DNA from: Lysobacter daejeonensis GH1-9
GTDB lineage: Bacteria; Pseudomonadota; Gammaproteobacteria; Xanthomonadales; Xanthomonadaceae
Length of the DNA: 64,000 bases
Reading direction: 5' to 3'
Assembly (NCBI RefSeq): GCF_000768355.1
Contig: NZ_AVPU01000017.1
Location: 3,080-67,079 of the forward strand
Numbering within the stretch: position 1 is the first letter of the stretch; the number at the start of each line of letters is the position of its first letter. The notes below the pieces were generated by a model. It was given only the letters and a program-made list of their open reading frames with translations, searched no databases and was not told the origin of the DNA. Both the position numbers and the translations under genes were made by a program. Shown in pieces: positions 49,599-59,842 of this stretch.

Positions 49599-50230
49599 CC
49601 GAGTTCCTGACCACCGTGTTGACGCTGCCCACCCTTCCTTACAGCGTGCTGTTAGCGGTCTGTACCACCTATTGGCTGTTGGCCGCGACCGGTCTGCTGG
49701 AGATCGACGCGCTGGACGGCGTGCTGGGCACCGACGGGGATGCGAGCGATGCCAGCGCCGTCGCCGCGATGCTCGCCAAACTGGGGCTTTCAGGGGTGCC
49801 GGTCATGCTGGTGTTGACCGTACTGGCCTTCATCGGCTGGCTGGGCACGTACTTCGTGCAACTTCTGGTGTTGAACCATCTGCCCGATGCATTTCGCGTG
49901 TTGGTCGGGCTCGCCATCGGCGTACTGATGCTGGTCCCGGGCCTTGTGGCCACCTCGCTGCTACTACGGCCGGTCAGTCGTCTCCTGCTGAGGCTGCGTC
50001 CGCCACGGGAATCCTCGTTGCTGGGGCGCGTGGCGGTGGTCAGCACGCCCCACGTCGCCACCGACTACGGCATGGCGGCGGTCGACGACGGCGCAGCCGG
50101 GCTGGTCCTCCAAGTGCGCCATGATGACCCCGGAAAGTTCAGGCGCGGCGACCGGGTCGTCCTCATCGAGTACCTCGGTGAGCAACATGCCTACCGCATC
50201 ATCTCGGAACAGCAGTTCCAAAGCCTGTAA
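49595..50230 (+). CDS. YqiJ/NfeD-like membrane protein (DUF1449)
   Basis: Three or four N-terminal TM helices plus a C-terminal beta-rich OB-like domain (GRVAVVSTPHV...GDRVVLIEYLGEQHAYRI). Immediately upstream of a flotillin gene, as yqiJ-yqiK is. ATGA overlap. Confidence 0.65.
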   Translation: MTEFLTTVLTLPTLPYSVLLAVCTTYWLLAATGLLEIDALDGVLGTDGDASDASAVAAMLAKLGLSGVPVMLVLTVLAFIGWLGTYFVQLLVLNHLPDAFRVLVGLAIGVLMLVPGLVATSLLLRPVSRLLLRLRPPRESSLLGRVAVVSTPHVATDYGMAAVDDGAAGLVLQVRHDDPGKFRRGDRVVLIEYLGEQHAYRIISEQQFQSL

Positions 50231-50257
50231 GCGTTCGTATCCCAAGGAGAGGTTGAA

Positions 50258-52273
50258 ATGAGTGTGTCCATGGTTCTGCCGTTCGTGATCGGCGCAGGCG
50301 TGCTGCTGGTCGTGATGCTCGGTATCTTCGGGCTGTTCAAGGCCTTCTACGTGAAGGTGCCGCAGGGCACCGCCCTGATCGTCAATGACCTCAGCTCGAC
50401 GCCGAAGGTCCGCTTCACCGGCGGCTTGATCATCCCGGTGCTGTACAAGGCCGAGCTAATGCAGATCAGCCTGATCACCCTGCAGGTAGACCGTCGTGGT
50501 CGCGAGGGGCTGATCTGCCGGGACAACATGCGCGCCGATATCTCGGTCGCTTTCTATTTGCGCGTCAACGAAACCCAGCAGGACGTGCTACGGGTGGCCA
50601 AGGCGGTGGGTGCGGAGCGGGCCTCCGACAAGGCGGCCGTCGATGAGCTGTTCAACGCAAAGTTCTCCGAAGCGCTCAAGACGGTCGGCAAGAAGTTCGA
50701 CTTCACCGACCTGTTCGAGAAGCGCCAGGAGTTCCGCGACGAGATCGTCAAGATCATCGGCAACGACCTGAATGGGTACGTGCTGGAAGACGTGGCCATC
50801 GACTACCTCGAGCAGACCCGCAAGAGCGACCTTGATCCGAACAACATCATGGACGCCGAGGGCATCAAGAAGATCACCGAGATCACCGCCGCCCAGAACG
50901 TGGTGACCAACGAACTGGAGCAGAACGAGAAGCTGGCGATCACCAAGAAGAACACCGAAGCGCGCGAAGCGATGCTGGCGTTGGAACGTCAGCAGGCCGA
51001 GGCTGAAGCCCGTCAGAAGCGCGAGATCGAGAGTATTCGCGCTCGCGAAGAGGCGGAAACCCGTCGCGTGCAGGAAGAGCAGCGTCTGGTCGCCGAGCAG
51101 GCTCGCCTGGAGTCGGACGAGAAGATCCGTATTCGCGAGGAGAACGTGCAGCGCGAGGTCGAGGTCGCCGAGCAGAACCGTCAGCGTGCCGTCGCCATCG
51201 AGGAAGAGCGTGTTGTCCGGGCACGTGAACTGGAAAAGGTGACGACCGACCGCGAGGTTCAACTGCAGGCGGTGGAACGCGACAAGGTAGTCGAAGTAGG
51301 CAAGAAGGACGTTGCCAATATCACCCGCGAACGCGTGGCCATCGACAAGACGGTGGCGATGGAAGAAGAGCGCATCAAGGAAGTGCGGGTGGTCTCCGAG
51401 GCCGAGCGCGAGAAGCAGTCGCGCATCCTGGCTGCTGAAGCAGCCGCGCAGGAAGCGATGGTCCAGGCAGTCAAGGAAGCCGAGGCGGCGGAAACCGCGG
51501 CCAAGCACAAGGCGGTGGAGGTCACCACGCTGGCGCAGGCCAAGCTGGAAGCGGCTAGCCGTGAAGCCGAAGCAAAGCGCGTGCTGGCCGAAGGCGTGAA
51601 GGCCGAGCAGGCGGCGCCTGGCCTGGCCGACGTCCAGGTCCGCGAAGCTGAAGCGCTTGCCATCGAAAAGCAGGGCGTGGCCGAAGCCCGCGTGATCGAG
51701 GCCAAGGCGCAGGCGAGGTTGGTGGAGGGTACGAACGAGGCCCGCGTACTTGCCGAACGTATGGCGGCCGAGGCCGAAGGTACGGCAAAGCAAGGTCGGG
51801 CGAGCGCCGAATCGGTTGAAGCCGTGGGTTCGGCCGAGGCCAACGTTACGGTGAAAAAGCTCACCGCAGAGGCCGAGGGCCTGACCAAGAAGTTCGAGGC
51901 CATCGACTCGCTCTCGGAAAACGCGCGCACCCACGAAGAGTTCCGCATGTCGCTGGAGATGCATCTCGAACAGGCGCTCGCCTCGATTGCCGCCGGCAAG
52001 GACGTCGCCAAGGAAAACGCCGAAGTCATCGCATCGGCATTGCGCAACGCCAACATCGACCTGGTCGGCGGCGACGGCGGGCTGTTCGAGGCGTTCTCCA
52101 AGTCGTTGTCGTTGGGCAAGGCAGTCGAGGGCTTGGTCGGCAAGAGCCCGATCGTGCAGGATCTCCTGGGTCGCTACCTTGGCGTCGGCAAGGCTGACGC
52201 AGTATCGGCAAAACTGCCTGCGCTCAATGGCGGCGAACGCCCTGCCAACGCGGTATCCGAAGCGAATGCCTGA
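50258..52273 (+). CDS. flotillin-like SPFH/band-7 family protein (YqiK-like)
   Basis: N-terminal TM then an SPFH domain (FYVKVPQGTALIVNDL...), followed by a long E/A/R/K-rich coiled coil with EA repeats; 671 aa. Confidence 0.85.
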   Translation: MSVSMVLPFVIGAGVLLVVMLGIFGLFKAFYVKVPQGTALIVNDLSSTPKVRFTGGLIIPVLYKAELMQISLITLQVDRRGREGLICRDNMRADISVAFYLRVNETQQDVLRVAKAVGAERASDKAAVDELFNAKFSEALKTVGKKFDFTDLFEKRQEFRDEIVKIIGNDLNGYVLEDVAIDYLEQTRKSDLDPNNIMDAEGIKKITEITAAQNVVTNELEQNEKLAITKKNTEAREAMLALERQQAEAEARQKREIESIRAREEAETRRVQEEQRLVAEQARLESDEKIRIREENVQREVEVAEQNRQRAVAIEEERVVRARELEKVTTDREVQLQAVERDKVVEVGKKDVANITRERVAIDKTVAMEEERIKEVRVVSEAEREKQSRILAAEAAAQEAMVQAVKEAEAAETAAKHKAVEVTTLAQAKLEAASREAEAKRVLAEGVKAEQAAPGLADVQVREAEALAIEKQGVAEARVIEAKAQARLVEGTNEARVLAERMAAEAEGTAKQGRASAESVEAVGSAEANVTVKKLTAEAEGLTKKFEAIDSLSENARTHEEFRMSLEMHLEQALASIAAGKDVAKENAEVIASALRNANIDLVGGDGGLFEAFSKSLSLGKAVEGLVGKSPIVQDLLGRYLGVGKADAVSAKLPALNGGERPANAVSEANA

Positions 52274-52349
52274 GCTGTAGTTCCCGAGCGCATCAACCTA
52301 TGCCGGCGACGATGAGCGTCGCCGGCAACAACCCTGCAAGGACCCGCAC

Positions 52350-52607
52350 ATGAGCGCAAACCGCGACCACCTGGAAATGGCGTTCCACTCCATCAGCTGC
52401 TTTGGCAACGACGGTCGCCTGGACGCGACTGAACTGGATCGCCTCGTTGCCATCGCCGAACGCGACGGCATCATCGATCCCGACGAGATCCGCGTGCTGA
52501 ACAACATCATCTCGCGCGTCCAGCCCCACGAGATCGACGCGGCGATGAAAGCGCGGCTGGACGCACTGCGAAGGAAGATCGGTCCGGCCCCCGTTCCCGC
52601 CACCTGA
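52350..52607 (+). CDS. small TerB-like protein (85 aa)
   Basis: Two tandem hDGxhDxxEhxxL repeats (GNDGRLDATELDRL; ERDGIIDPDEIRVL), reminiscent of the TerB/DjlA-N fold. Confidence 0.4.
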   Translation: MSANRDHLEMAFHSISCFGNDGRLDATELDRLVAIAERDGIIDPDEIRVLNNIISRVQPHEIDAAMKARLDALRRKIGPAPVPAT

Positions 52608-52680
52608 CGGTTGCCCGTCGCGCCAGCCCGTCCTTCCGATAACCGCACCCATCGCCCGTTAGTCCGGGCAAGGTTCCGCC

Positions 52681-55600
52681 ATGTCGCCTATCGCGCCCGA
52701 CGCCCCACGTTCCGAAACCGTGTCCGAAGCCCAGCAGGTCGACCAAGCGGTCGCACAAGGGGGCGCCTACGAGGTGCTGAGCAAACGCCTGGGCGAGCAG
52801 GGAGCCCGTCTGCGCGCGGCGGCGGAGGCGCTCAACCGCGAAAGGCTGGACGAGTTCGGCAGCAGCCAGCTGGAGGTGATCGGACGCCTGCGCATTCGCA
52901 CCGAGAACAACTGCATTGGGCGCGACGTCGTGCAAGTCGGCGAGCTGTTGCTATTCGGCTACAACGTCTTCATCGGGCTCAAGACCACCACCCGGATTGA
53001 GGACGTTTTCGGTCTCTATCGACTGGCGTCAACCACGGACGGGTTCGATGTCGAGCCCGTCAATCATGCCGGAAGCTTCCTGGCTGACGCACAGTTCGTC
53101 CGTGACTTCACCGAGCTGTACGCCTACTACAAGGATGCGCGCCTGCTGCAGTTGGTGGTGCGGGATGGCAAGCTACTGGCGGCCTTCCAGATTGGCGAGC
53201 GCATAAGCGACGTGCGGGTGTTCCGCTGGGCGCTGACCGCACAGGGCGAAGCCACCTACATTGACGCCCGCGGTGAGCGGGACCTCACGATGCCGACGCC
53301 GTTCGACTTCGAGTGGACACGCGCCACACGGGAGTTGATGGTCAACGGCCGTCACCCGCACTTGAACGTGCTCGACACGTTGTTCGTGGAGACCACCGGG
53401 GGCGACCTGACCATCAAGGTCGAGAACAACACCGAAACCGGCCAAGGCATTCACGCCGAACCGGTGGACGACAAGACACAATCGCTGGACGACGCGGCCT
53501 TCGACTACGCGCGCGTCGGGTCGCTGATCCTGCTGAAGGTGCTGCCGTATCGCGAGACCGCCTGGCGTGGGTTCATCTACAACACACTCACCGGCAAGGT
53601 GCAGCGCAACGACGCAATCCTGCAGGCCTGTGTGCAGTTGCCGGAGGACCACGGAATCATCTTCCCCGGCGGTTACTACCTGCAGAACGGTGAGCACAAG
53701 GCGTTCGATGCTGGCATGGATGGTATGCAGTTCAAGCGCGCCGTGCGTTCGCCCAATGGCGAGGATGTGCTGTACGTCTTCTATGAGCGCGAGGCCGGCC
53801 GATCGGCGCTGTTCGTCTACAACATGATCCAGCGACACCTGCAGAACCCAGTGTTCGGCCATGGCTACGCGCGCCTGGCCGACGGCCGCATGGTGATCTT
53901 CCACGCCGAGGGTGACGGCGCGACCCGAATCCACCCGATGCAGGTGTGGCAGACGCCGTTCGTTTCCGACGAGTTCGCAGCAACCCGCCCGCCGGGCAAC
54001 AGCTACCTGGGGCGCCTGGGCAATGCCGAGCTGGTCCGTGGGCTGTCCAACCTGCTCAACCTAAGCCGCGAGATCGAAAGTCCCGAGGTATCGGTGCAGC
54101 GGTACCAGCTACTGACCCAGAACACGCGCCGGTTGTTCGACGCGCACCATTGGATCGACGACGCCCACTGCGGCGGCGCGGCGACTCTGCTGCGCGAGAT
54201 TGCCGCCACCGGCGAAGCCGTGCTGGACGAATTCGAGAAGGTCGAGGGCATCCGCCGCCAGTCCGAGCAGGCAATGGCCGAGGCGCGGCATGACCACACC
54301 GCGCTCCTAAGCCGACTGCTGCCGGAGAGCTGGAGCCAGGTACAGGAGTTCGTCGAAGCACTCAACGCGATCACCCGCCTACGCGGTCGCCTGCTGACCA
54401 TCCGCGACTACCGCTACGTCGACGTCATGGCGATCGACGCGATGGGAGCGGAGCTGCTGGGCCAGCACGAGCGCATCGGCGCGGCGACGGGCGAGTTCCT
54501 GGCTGGCGAGAAGGCGCTGGTCCCGCTGGCGGAGCGGCTAGCCACCTTCGATTCGCAGGCGCAGGAAGCCGAAACCGCCAAAGTGCTGGCCAAAGCGTTG
54601 GAGGCACTGCAGGGAATGGCCACCGACCTGGACATGTTGTCGGAACTGATGGCCACCTTGAAGGTGGACGACGCGGTACAGCGCACTCGGGTGGTGGAGG
54701 CGATCTCCGGACTTTACGGCCGTCTCAACCAAGCCCGTGCGCGCGCCGAGCTGCGCCGAAAAAGCCTCGGGTCAGCCGAAGCCGTCGCCCAATTTGGTGC
54801 CCAGTTCACCCTCTTCGGACAGTCCATCACCAGCGCGCTCGGCCTGGCGACGGACCCCGAGAGGGCCGACGAGCAACTGTCGCGCCTGATGGTCCAGTTG
54901 GAGGAACTGGAAAGTCAGTTTGGCGAACATGAGCAGTTCCTCGGCGACATCCTCACCAAGCGTGAGGAACTGCTCGACACGTTTGAATCGCACAAGCAGG
55001 CGCTTCTGGACGACCGCCAGCGCAAGGCGCAGTCGGTGCTGGACGCGGCCAACCGCATCCTGTCGGGCCTGAACAAGCGCGCCGAGAAGTTCTCGACGCC
55101 CGACGAACTCAACGCCTTCTTCGCCGGCGATGCGCTGATTCTCAAGCTGCGCGAGTTGGCGACCCGCCTTCGCGAACTCAAGGACTCAGTGAAAGCCGAC
55201 GATGTTGAGGCGCGCTTGAAGGGTGCGCGCGACCAAGCGATCCGCGTACTACGCGACCGCGCCGACCTGTTCGAGGGCGGGGGCAACGTCATCAAGCTGG
55301 GACGCCATCGCTTCAGTGTGAATACACAGCCGCTGGACTTGACCATCCTGCCGCGCGGAGATCACCTGGCGTTGCACCTGACCGGCACCGATTTCATGGC
55401 GCCGATCGACAACCCCGAGCTGGGCGCATTGCGCGAGTACTGGCAGGTGTCGCTCGAATCCGAGTCACCCACGTTGTACCGCGCCGAGTACCTGGTGGGC
55501 GAACTGTTTGCGGCAGCCAACGCCGGCACCGACGGGCTTGATCGTGACGCGTTGCAACGCCTTTCTGCCGACCCGGACGCGCTCGCCAAGGCTGTCCGCG

Positions 55601-57999
55601 ACTTCGCAGCGCCACGCTACCGCGAAGGCTACGAGCGCGGCATCCACGACCATGACGCAACGCTGATCCTGCGAGCTTTCCTCGCCCAGCACAGCGCGGC
55701 CGGCACCCTGATCCACCCGCCTGCGCCGCGTGCCTTGGCGGCATTGTTCATGGCCGTGCATCGGCAGGCGCCGGACGTTGCCGAGTGGGCAGGACGCCTG
55801 ACCAGCGCCAAGGCGATGCAGGCGCTGTTCGGGGCCAGCAGCTCCCTCGATGTGGCGCTGTCCGAGATGGCCGGGCGCCTGATCGAGTTCGTCGATGCCA
55901 GTGGCTTGGCGTTCGATGCGTCGGCAGCCCAGGCGGCCGCGTCCTACCTGGCCGACGAGCTCACCGCCCCGAACGACGGTTTCGCTCTCTCCCGCTACGC
56001 GCGCGAGTTGGCGGAGGGTCTGGCCCACCGCATGCGCGAGGTCGACCTCGAAACCCCGTTCCTGCGCACGCTGGTGCAGTTGGCAGCTCGCCCCGGGGCG
56101 CGCTGGCAACACGTGGTCCACTGGCTGGAAGCGCTTTGCCGCGACCCGGCGATGGCACCCCTGGCAGGTTACATCCCCGAGGCCGCGGCTTGGATCGTGA
56201 CCCGTGACACATTGGAGTTCCGTGACAGCGCCGTGCCGCTGATCACCACGATCAGCGGGCTGCTGGGTGAGCATCCCCGCATCCGCGATGGCCGCCTGAC
56301 CCTAGCCGCGGACGACCTGCTTGCCCGCCTGCATGCGCATCGCGAGCAGTTCTTGCCGGGCGTGCGCCATTACCACGCCGTGCGCCAGGACATCGCCACG
56401 CGTGAACGTGAGGTCTTGCGCCTGACGGAGTTCCAAGCCCGGCCGTTGTCGTCGTTCGTGCGCAACCGGCTGATCAGCGAGATCTACTTGCCGATCATCG
56501 GCGACAATCTCGCAAAGCAGATGGGCACGGTGGGTGAGAACAAGCGCAGCGACCTGATGGGTCTGCTGATGATGATTTCTCCACCGGGCTACGGTAAGAC
56601 CACGCTGATGGAGTACGTGGCCAACCGTCTGGGCTTGATCTTCATGAAGATCAATGGCCCGGCCCTCGGCCACGAGGTGCGTTCGCTCGACCCCGAGCAG
56701 GCTCCCGATGCGACCTCGAAACAGGAACTGGAAAAGCTCAACCTTGCGTTGGAAATGGGCAACAACGTGATGCTGTATGTTGACGACATCCAGCACACCC
56801 ACCCCGAGTTCCTGCAGAAGTTCATCTCGTTGTGCGACGGTACGCGACGTATCGAGGGCGTGTGGAAAGGACGCACCCGCACCTATGACATGCGCGGCAA
56901 GAAGTTCTGCGTGGTGATGGCCGGAAACCCGTACACCGAGTCCGGCGAGGTATTCAAGATTCCGGACATGCTCGCCAACCGTGCCGACATCTACAACCTT
57001 GGCGACGTGCTGGGCGGCATGGAGGAAGCCTTCATGCTGAGCTATATCGAGAACAGCCTGACTTCCAGCCCGGTGCTCGCGCCACTGGCCACCCGTGACC
57101 TCAAGGATCTGTACGTGTTCGTCGACAAGGCGATGGGGCGGGACGTTTCCACCAACGAGCTTGCGCACGCCTACAGCGCGGCGGAGGTCAACGAGATCGT
57201 GGCTACGCTGGAGCGGATCATCAAGGTCCGCGATGTGGTCTACCGGGTCAACCAGCAGTACATCACCAGTGCCGCCCAAGCGGACAAGTACCGCACCGAG
57301 CCGCCGTTCAAACTGCAGGGCAGCTACCGCAACATGAACAAGCTGGTGGAGAAGATCTCGGCGGTGATGAACGAGGCCGAGCTGCAACAGCTGGTGGCCG
57401 ATCATTACCTGGGTGAGGCACAGCTGTTGACCACGGGCGCCGAGGAGAACCTGCTCAAGCTCAAGGAGCTGCGGGGCGTGCTCAATGTCGACGAGCAGGC
57501 GCGGTGGGAGCAGATCAAGCGCGATTTCCTGCGCAACAAGGCCATGGGGGCCGATGACGCCGACGTGGGCGGGCGCTTGGTGGCGCAATTGGCGGACATC
57601 GCCGGGGGCCTCCAAGCCATCGGTGATGGAGCACGGGCCGAACCGACGACCGCCGCGCCGCCTGCGCCATGGGAGGACATCCTGCGCCTGCTGCAACGGG
57701 TGGTCGAGCAGCGCGCGGTCGTGGCCACGCCCGCCGAGGTAGCGCCCCCGGGAACGAACTCCATGCCCGCGCCCGAACTGGCCTTGCTGCTTGAAACCGT
57801 CCGCTCCAGTCAGCGCGCGCAGGCTGAGGTTGGTTCGGCGCTGAGGCAGCTTGCCGATGCGATCCGCGCTAGCGTGCCGGCCAACCCTGTCGAGGTCGAG
57901 CCCGGCACTGGCCGGTCTCGTGGCCCGCACCGACCCACCCCGGTGGAAGCGCCGCTGGACCAGGCGTTGGCCCAAATGGGAGGCGAGCCGACGTCATGA
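52681..57999 (+). CDS. giant (1772 aa) protein with a single MoxR/dynein-class AAA+ ATPase module
   Basis: Walker A SPPGYGKTTL (~residue 1300); Walker B MLYVDDIQH; sensor-1 VVMAGNPY. The ~1200 N-terminal residues are helical/coiled-coil with no recognisable domain, and the C-terminal ~250 aa are low-complexity. Confidence 0.75.
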   Translation: MSPIAPDAPRSETVSEAQQVDQAVAQGGAYEVLSKRLGEQGARLRAAAEALNRERLDEFGSSQLEVIGRLRIRTENNCIGRDVVQVGELLLFGYNVFIGLKTTTRIEDVFGLYRLASTTDGFDVEPVNHAGSFLADAQFVRDFTELYAYYKDARLLQLVVRDGKLLAAFQIGERISDVRVFRWALTAQGEATYIDARGERDLTMPTPFDFEWTRATRELMVNGRHPHLNVLDTLFVETTGGDLTIKVENNTETGQGIHAEPVDDKTQSLDDAAFDYARVGSLILLKVLPYRETAWRGFIYNTLTGKVQRNDAILQACVQLPEDHGIIFPGGYYLQNGEHKAFDAGMDGMQFKRAVRSPNGEDVLYVFYEREAGRSALFVYNMIQRHLQNPVFGHGYARLADGRMVIFHAEGDGATRIHPMQVWQTPFVSDEFAATRPPGNSYLGRLGNAELVRGLSNLLNLSREIESPEVSVQRYQLLTQNTRRLFDAHHWIDDAHCGGAATLLREIAATGEAVLDEFEKVEGIRRQSEQAMAEARHDHTALLSRLLPESWSQVQEFVEALNAITRLRGRLLTIRDYRYVDVMAIDAMGAELLGQHERIGAATGEFLAGEKALVPLAERLATFDSQAQEAETAKVLAKALEALQGMATDLDMLSELMATLKVDDAVQRTRVVEAISGLYGRLNQARARAELRRKSLGSAEAVAQFGAQFTLFGQSITSALGLATDPERADEQLSRLMVQLEELESQFGEHEQFLGDILTKREELLDTFESHKQALLDDRQRKAQSVLDAANRILSGLNKRAEKFSTPDELNAFFAGDALILKLRELATRLRELKDSVKADDVEARLKGARDQAIRVLRDRADLFEGGGNVIKLGRHRFSVNTQPLDLTILPRGDHLALHLTGTDFMAPIDNPELGALREYWQVSLESESPTLYRAEYLVGELFAAANAGTDGLDRDALQRLSADPDALAKAVRDFAAPRYREGYERGIHDHDATLILRAFLAQHSAAGTLIHPPAPRALAALFMAVHRQAPDVAEWAGRLTSAKAMQALFGASSSLDVALSEMAGRLIEFVDASGLAFDASAAQAAASYLADELTAPNDGFALSRYARELAEGLAHRMREVDLETPFLRTLVQLAARPGARWQHVVHWLEALCRDPAMAPLAGYIPEAAAWIVTRDTLEFRDSAVPLITTISGLLGEHPRIRDGRLTLAADDLLARLHAHREQFLPGVRHYHAVRQDIATREREVLRLTEFQARPLSSFVRNRLISEIYLPIIGDNLAKQMGTVGENKRSDLMGLLMMISPPGYGKTTLMEYVANRLGLIFMKINGPALGHEVRSLDPEQAPDATSKQELEKLNLALEMGNNVMLYVDDIQHTHPEFLQKFISLCDGTRRIEGVWKGRTRTYDMRGKKFCVVMAGNPYTESGEVFKIPDMLANRADIYNLGDVLGGMEEAFMLSYIENSLTSSPVLAPLATRDLKDLYVFVDKAMGRDVSTNELAHAYSAAEVNEIVATLERIIKVRDVVYRVNQQYITSAAQADKYRTEPPFKLQGSYRNMNKLVEKISAVMNEAELQQLVADHYLGEAQLLTTGAEENLLKLKELRGVLNVDEQARWEQIKRDFLRNKAMGADDADVGGRLVAQLADIAGGLQAIGDGARAEPTTAAPPAPWEDILRLLQRVVEQRAVVATPAEVAPPGTNSMPAPELALLLETVRSSQRAQAEVGSALRQLADAIRASVPANPVEVEPGTGRSRGPHRPTPVEAPLDQALAQMGGEPTS

Positions 58000-58748
58000 G
58001 CGGCGTGCCGCCCGCGGAGGACCACGAGGCAGGGGCCTCCGATGTCCTTGGCCGTGACGTGCTCGCGCAGGTGAGCATGGACCGCATCGCTGCGCAACTC
58101 GGCGACCTACCGACGGCGGCCCTGCTGCAATCGCTGGGCGGGATCCTCGATGCCCTCGACGGGGCGGATGCGACGCGCGCCGCGCGGCGGGTCGGGGTGA
58201 TCGGCCGTCTTCTGGGTCGCGACCTGGTGGCGCGGGCGCATCCAGATCCCACCGAGGCGCGCGTGCGCGTCCATTTGGCCCATGCCGCCACGCAAGCCAC
58301 ACAGCTTGAATGCCATTTGGTCGGGCTGCAGGCGACCGTCGCGCAGCTGGAATCGAGCACCCGGCGACTGCAGGCACTCGTTGATGGCCGGCAGGCAATG
58401 GCCGCCGCAGAAGCTTACTTGGGGGGCGAGTCTGGACGTCGCCGGCTGGCCTACCTCGCGGCGATTGTCGATTCGTGGCGCGTCTCCGCGGCGCAACTGC
58501 ATCTGGCCATTGGCAACGCGCGCCAGTTGCTGGAGCGGCACGGCCAAGTGCGTGATTTTCTGGTACCGCTATGGCGCCAGCAGGCCACCGCGGCCGAAGT
58601 CGGGCGTCGCCTGCGTGACCAGGACGCCAGTCGCGCCGCGGACCTGCGGCATAGCCTGCGGCGGCTGTTGGAGACGTTAGGCACCGCCACACCCGACTCA
58701 CCCACCGTCAACTCCGCACCACCGGCCGAAAGGGAGCCTTTGCCATGA
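57996..58748 (+). CDS. coiled-coil protein, possibly a divergent TelA-like paralog
   Basis: ATGA-coupled to the AAA+ gene. Shares a VIGrLLGRDLV-type segment with the downstream TelA-like protein; otherwise no motifs. Confidence 0.4.
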   Translation: MSGVPPAEDHEAGASDVLGRDVLAQVSMDRIAAQLGDLPTAALLQSLGGILDALDGADATRAARRVGVIGRLLGRDLVARAHPDPTEARVRVHLAHAATQATQLECHLVGLQATVAQLESSTRRLQALVDGRQAMAAAEAYLGGESGRRRLAYLAAIVDSWRVSAAQLHLAIGNARQLLERHGQVRDFLVPLWRQQATAAEVGRRLRDQDASRAADLRHSLRRLLETLGTATPDSPTVNSAPPAEREPLP

Positions 58749-59842
58749 CCGAGTCCACCACCGACGTCGCCAACCCGCTGTCCGTGCCCACGCTCGACGA
58801 GGCCACGCTGCTGCAGCTCGGCCTTGCCGCGACCGATCTCGACCGCGTGGGAGAGATCCGTGCCACGTTGGTCGATCTCTCGCCCGCGAACGTGCAGGGT
58901 TACGGCCGCGACGCAGCCACCAAGACCACGCAATTCTCCAGTGAGCTGCTGGACCAGGTCCGCAACCGCGATCTGGATGCTACCGGCGACAAGCTGGGCG
59001 AGGTGGTGCGCATTGCGCGCAACCTCAACCTGCAGAAGTTCGGTGGGCGCTCCAAGCTGCCCGTGATCGGTCCGTTGATCGACCGGGTGCGCGGCTCCAA
59101 GGGCGAACTGGTGCAGAAATTCAGCACGACCAACCAGCAGATCGAACACCTGATGCGCGACGTTTCGCGGCAGCAGGAAGACTTGGGCAGGCGTGTGCGC
59201 GATTTCGATCGAATGCACGGCATCGTGGTGGTCGAGCGCCATGAGCTGGGTCTGCATGTCGCGGCTGGCAAGCTGCGGTTGGCCGAGCTGGAGGTTGAAC
59301 GTTCGGCACTGGAAGGACGTGACGATCCCGAGGCCCGGGCACGCCGGCAGGAGATCGACGGCGCTGTGCGTCTGCTCGACAAGCGCGTGGGCGACCTGCT
59401 GCTACTGCAGCACGCGGCCGACCAGTCGCTGCCGATGATCCGCATGATCCAGGCCAACGCGATGCAGCTGATCGAGAAGTTTGCAACGGTCCGCGACATT
59501 ACGATCCCTGCGTGGAAACGCAGCTTCGCCATTCAACTCTCACTCAATGAGCAGAAGAGCGCCGTCGAGCTGGCCAACGCCATCGATGACGCGACCAATG
59601 AGTTGATGCGCCGCAATGCCGACATGTTGCACGAGAACTCGGTGGCCACGGCCAAGGCCAACCAGCGAGGCGTGGTTGACGTCGAGACGTTGCAGCACGT
59701 GCACGAGAAGCTGATCCAGACTGTCGAGGACGTGCGCCAGATCCATCGCGAGGGTATCGAGAAGCGCCGGCAGGCCGAGCAGGACCTGAGCCGGATGCGC
59801 GACGACGTGCAGAAGCGCCTGGCCGCGCCGACGCTGGGCTGA
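58745..59842 (+). CDS. toxic anion resistance protein TelA/KlaB family
   Basis: C-terminal half TIPAWKRSFAIQLSLNEQKSAVELANAIDDATNELMRRNADMLHENSVATAKANQRGVVDVETLQHVHEKLIQTVEDVRQIHREGIEKRRQAEQDL aligns closely, as I recall it, with the TelA consensus (TIPLWKNQ...TNELLRKNAEML...ENERGIVDIETL...IQ.EGR.KRR.AE). ATGA overlap. Confidence 0.8.
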   Translation: MTESTTDVANPLSVPTLDEATLLQLGLAATDLDRVGEIRATLVDLSPANVQGYGRDAATKTTQFSSELLDQVRNRDLDATGDKLGEVVRIARNLNLQKFGGRSKLPVIGPLIDRVRGSKGELVQKFSTTNQQIEHLMRDVSRQQEDLGRRVRDFDRMHGIVVVERHELGLHVAAGKLRLAELEVERSALEGRDDPEARARRQEIDGAVRLLDKRVGDLLLLQHAADQSLPMIRMIQANAMQLIEKFATVRDITIPAWKRSFAIQLSLNEQKSAVELANAIDDATNELMRRNADMLHENSVATAKANQRGVVDVETLQHVHEKLIQTVEDVRQIHREGIEKRRQAEQDLSRMRDDVQKRLAAPTLG

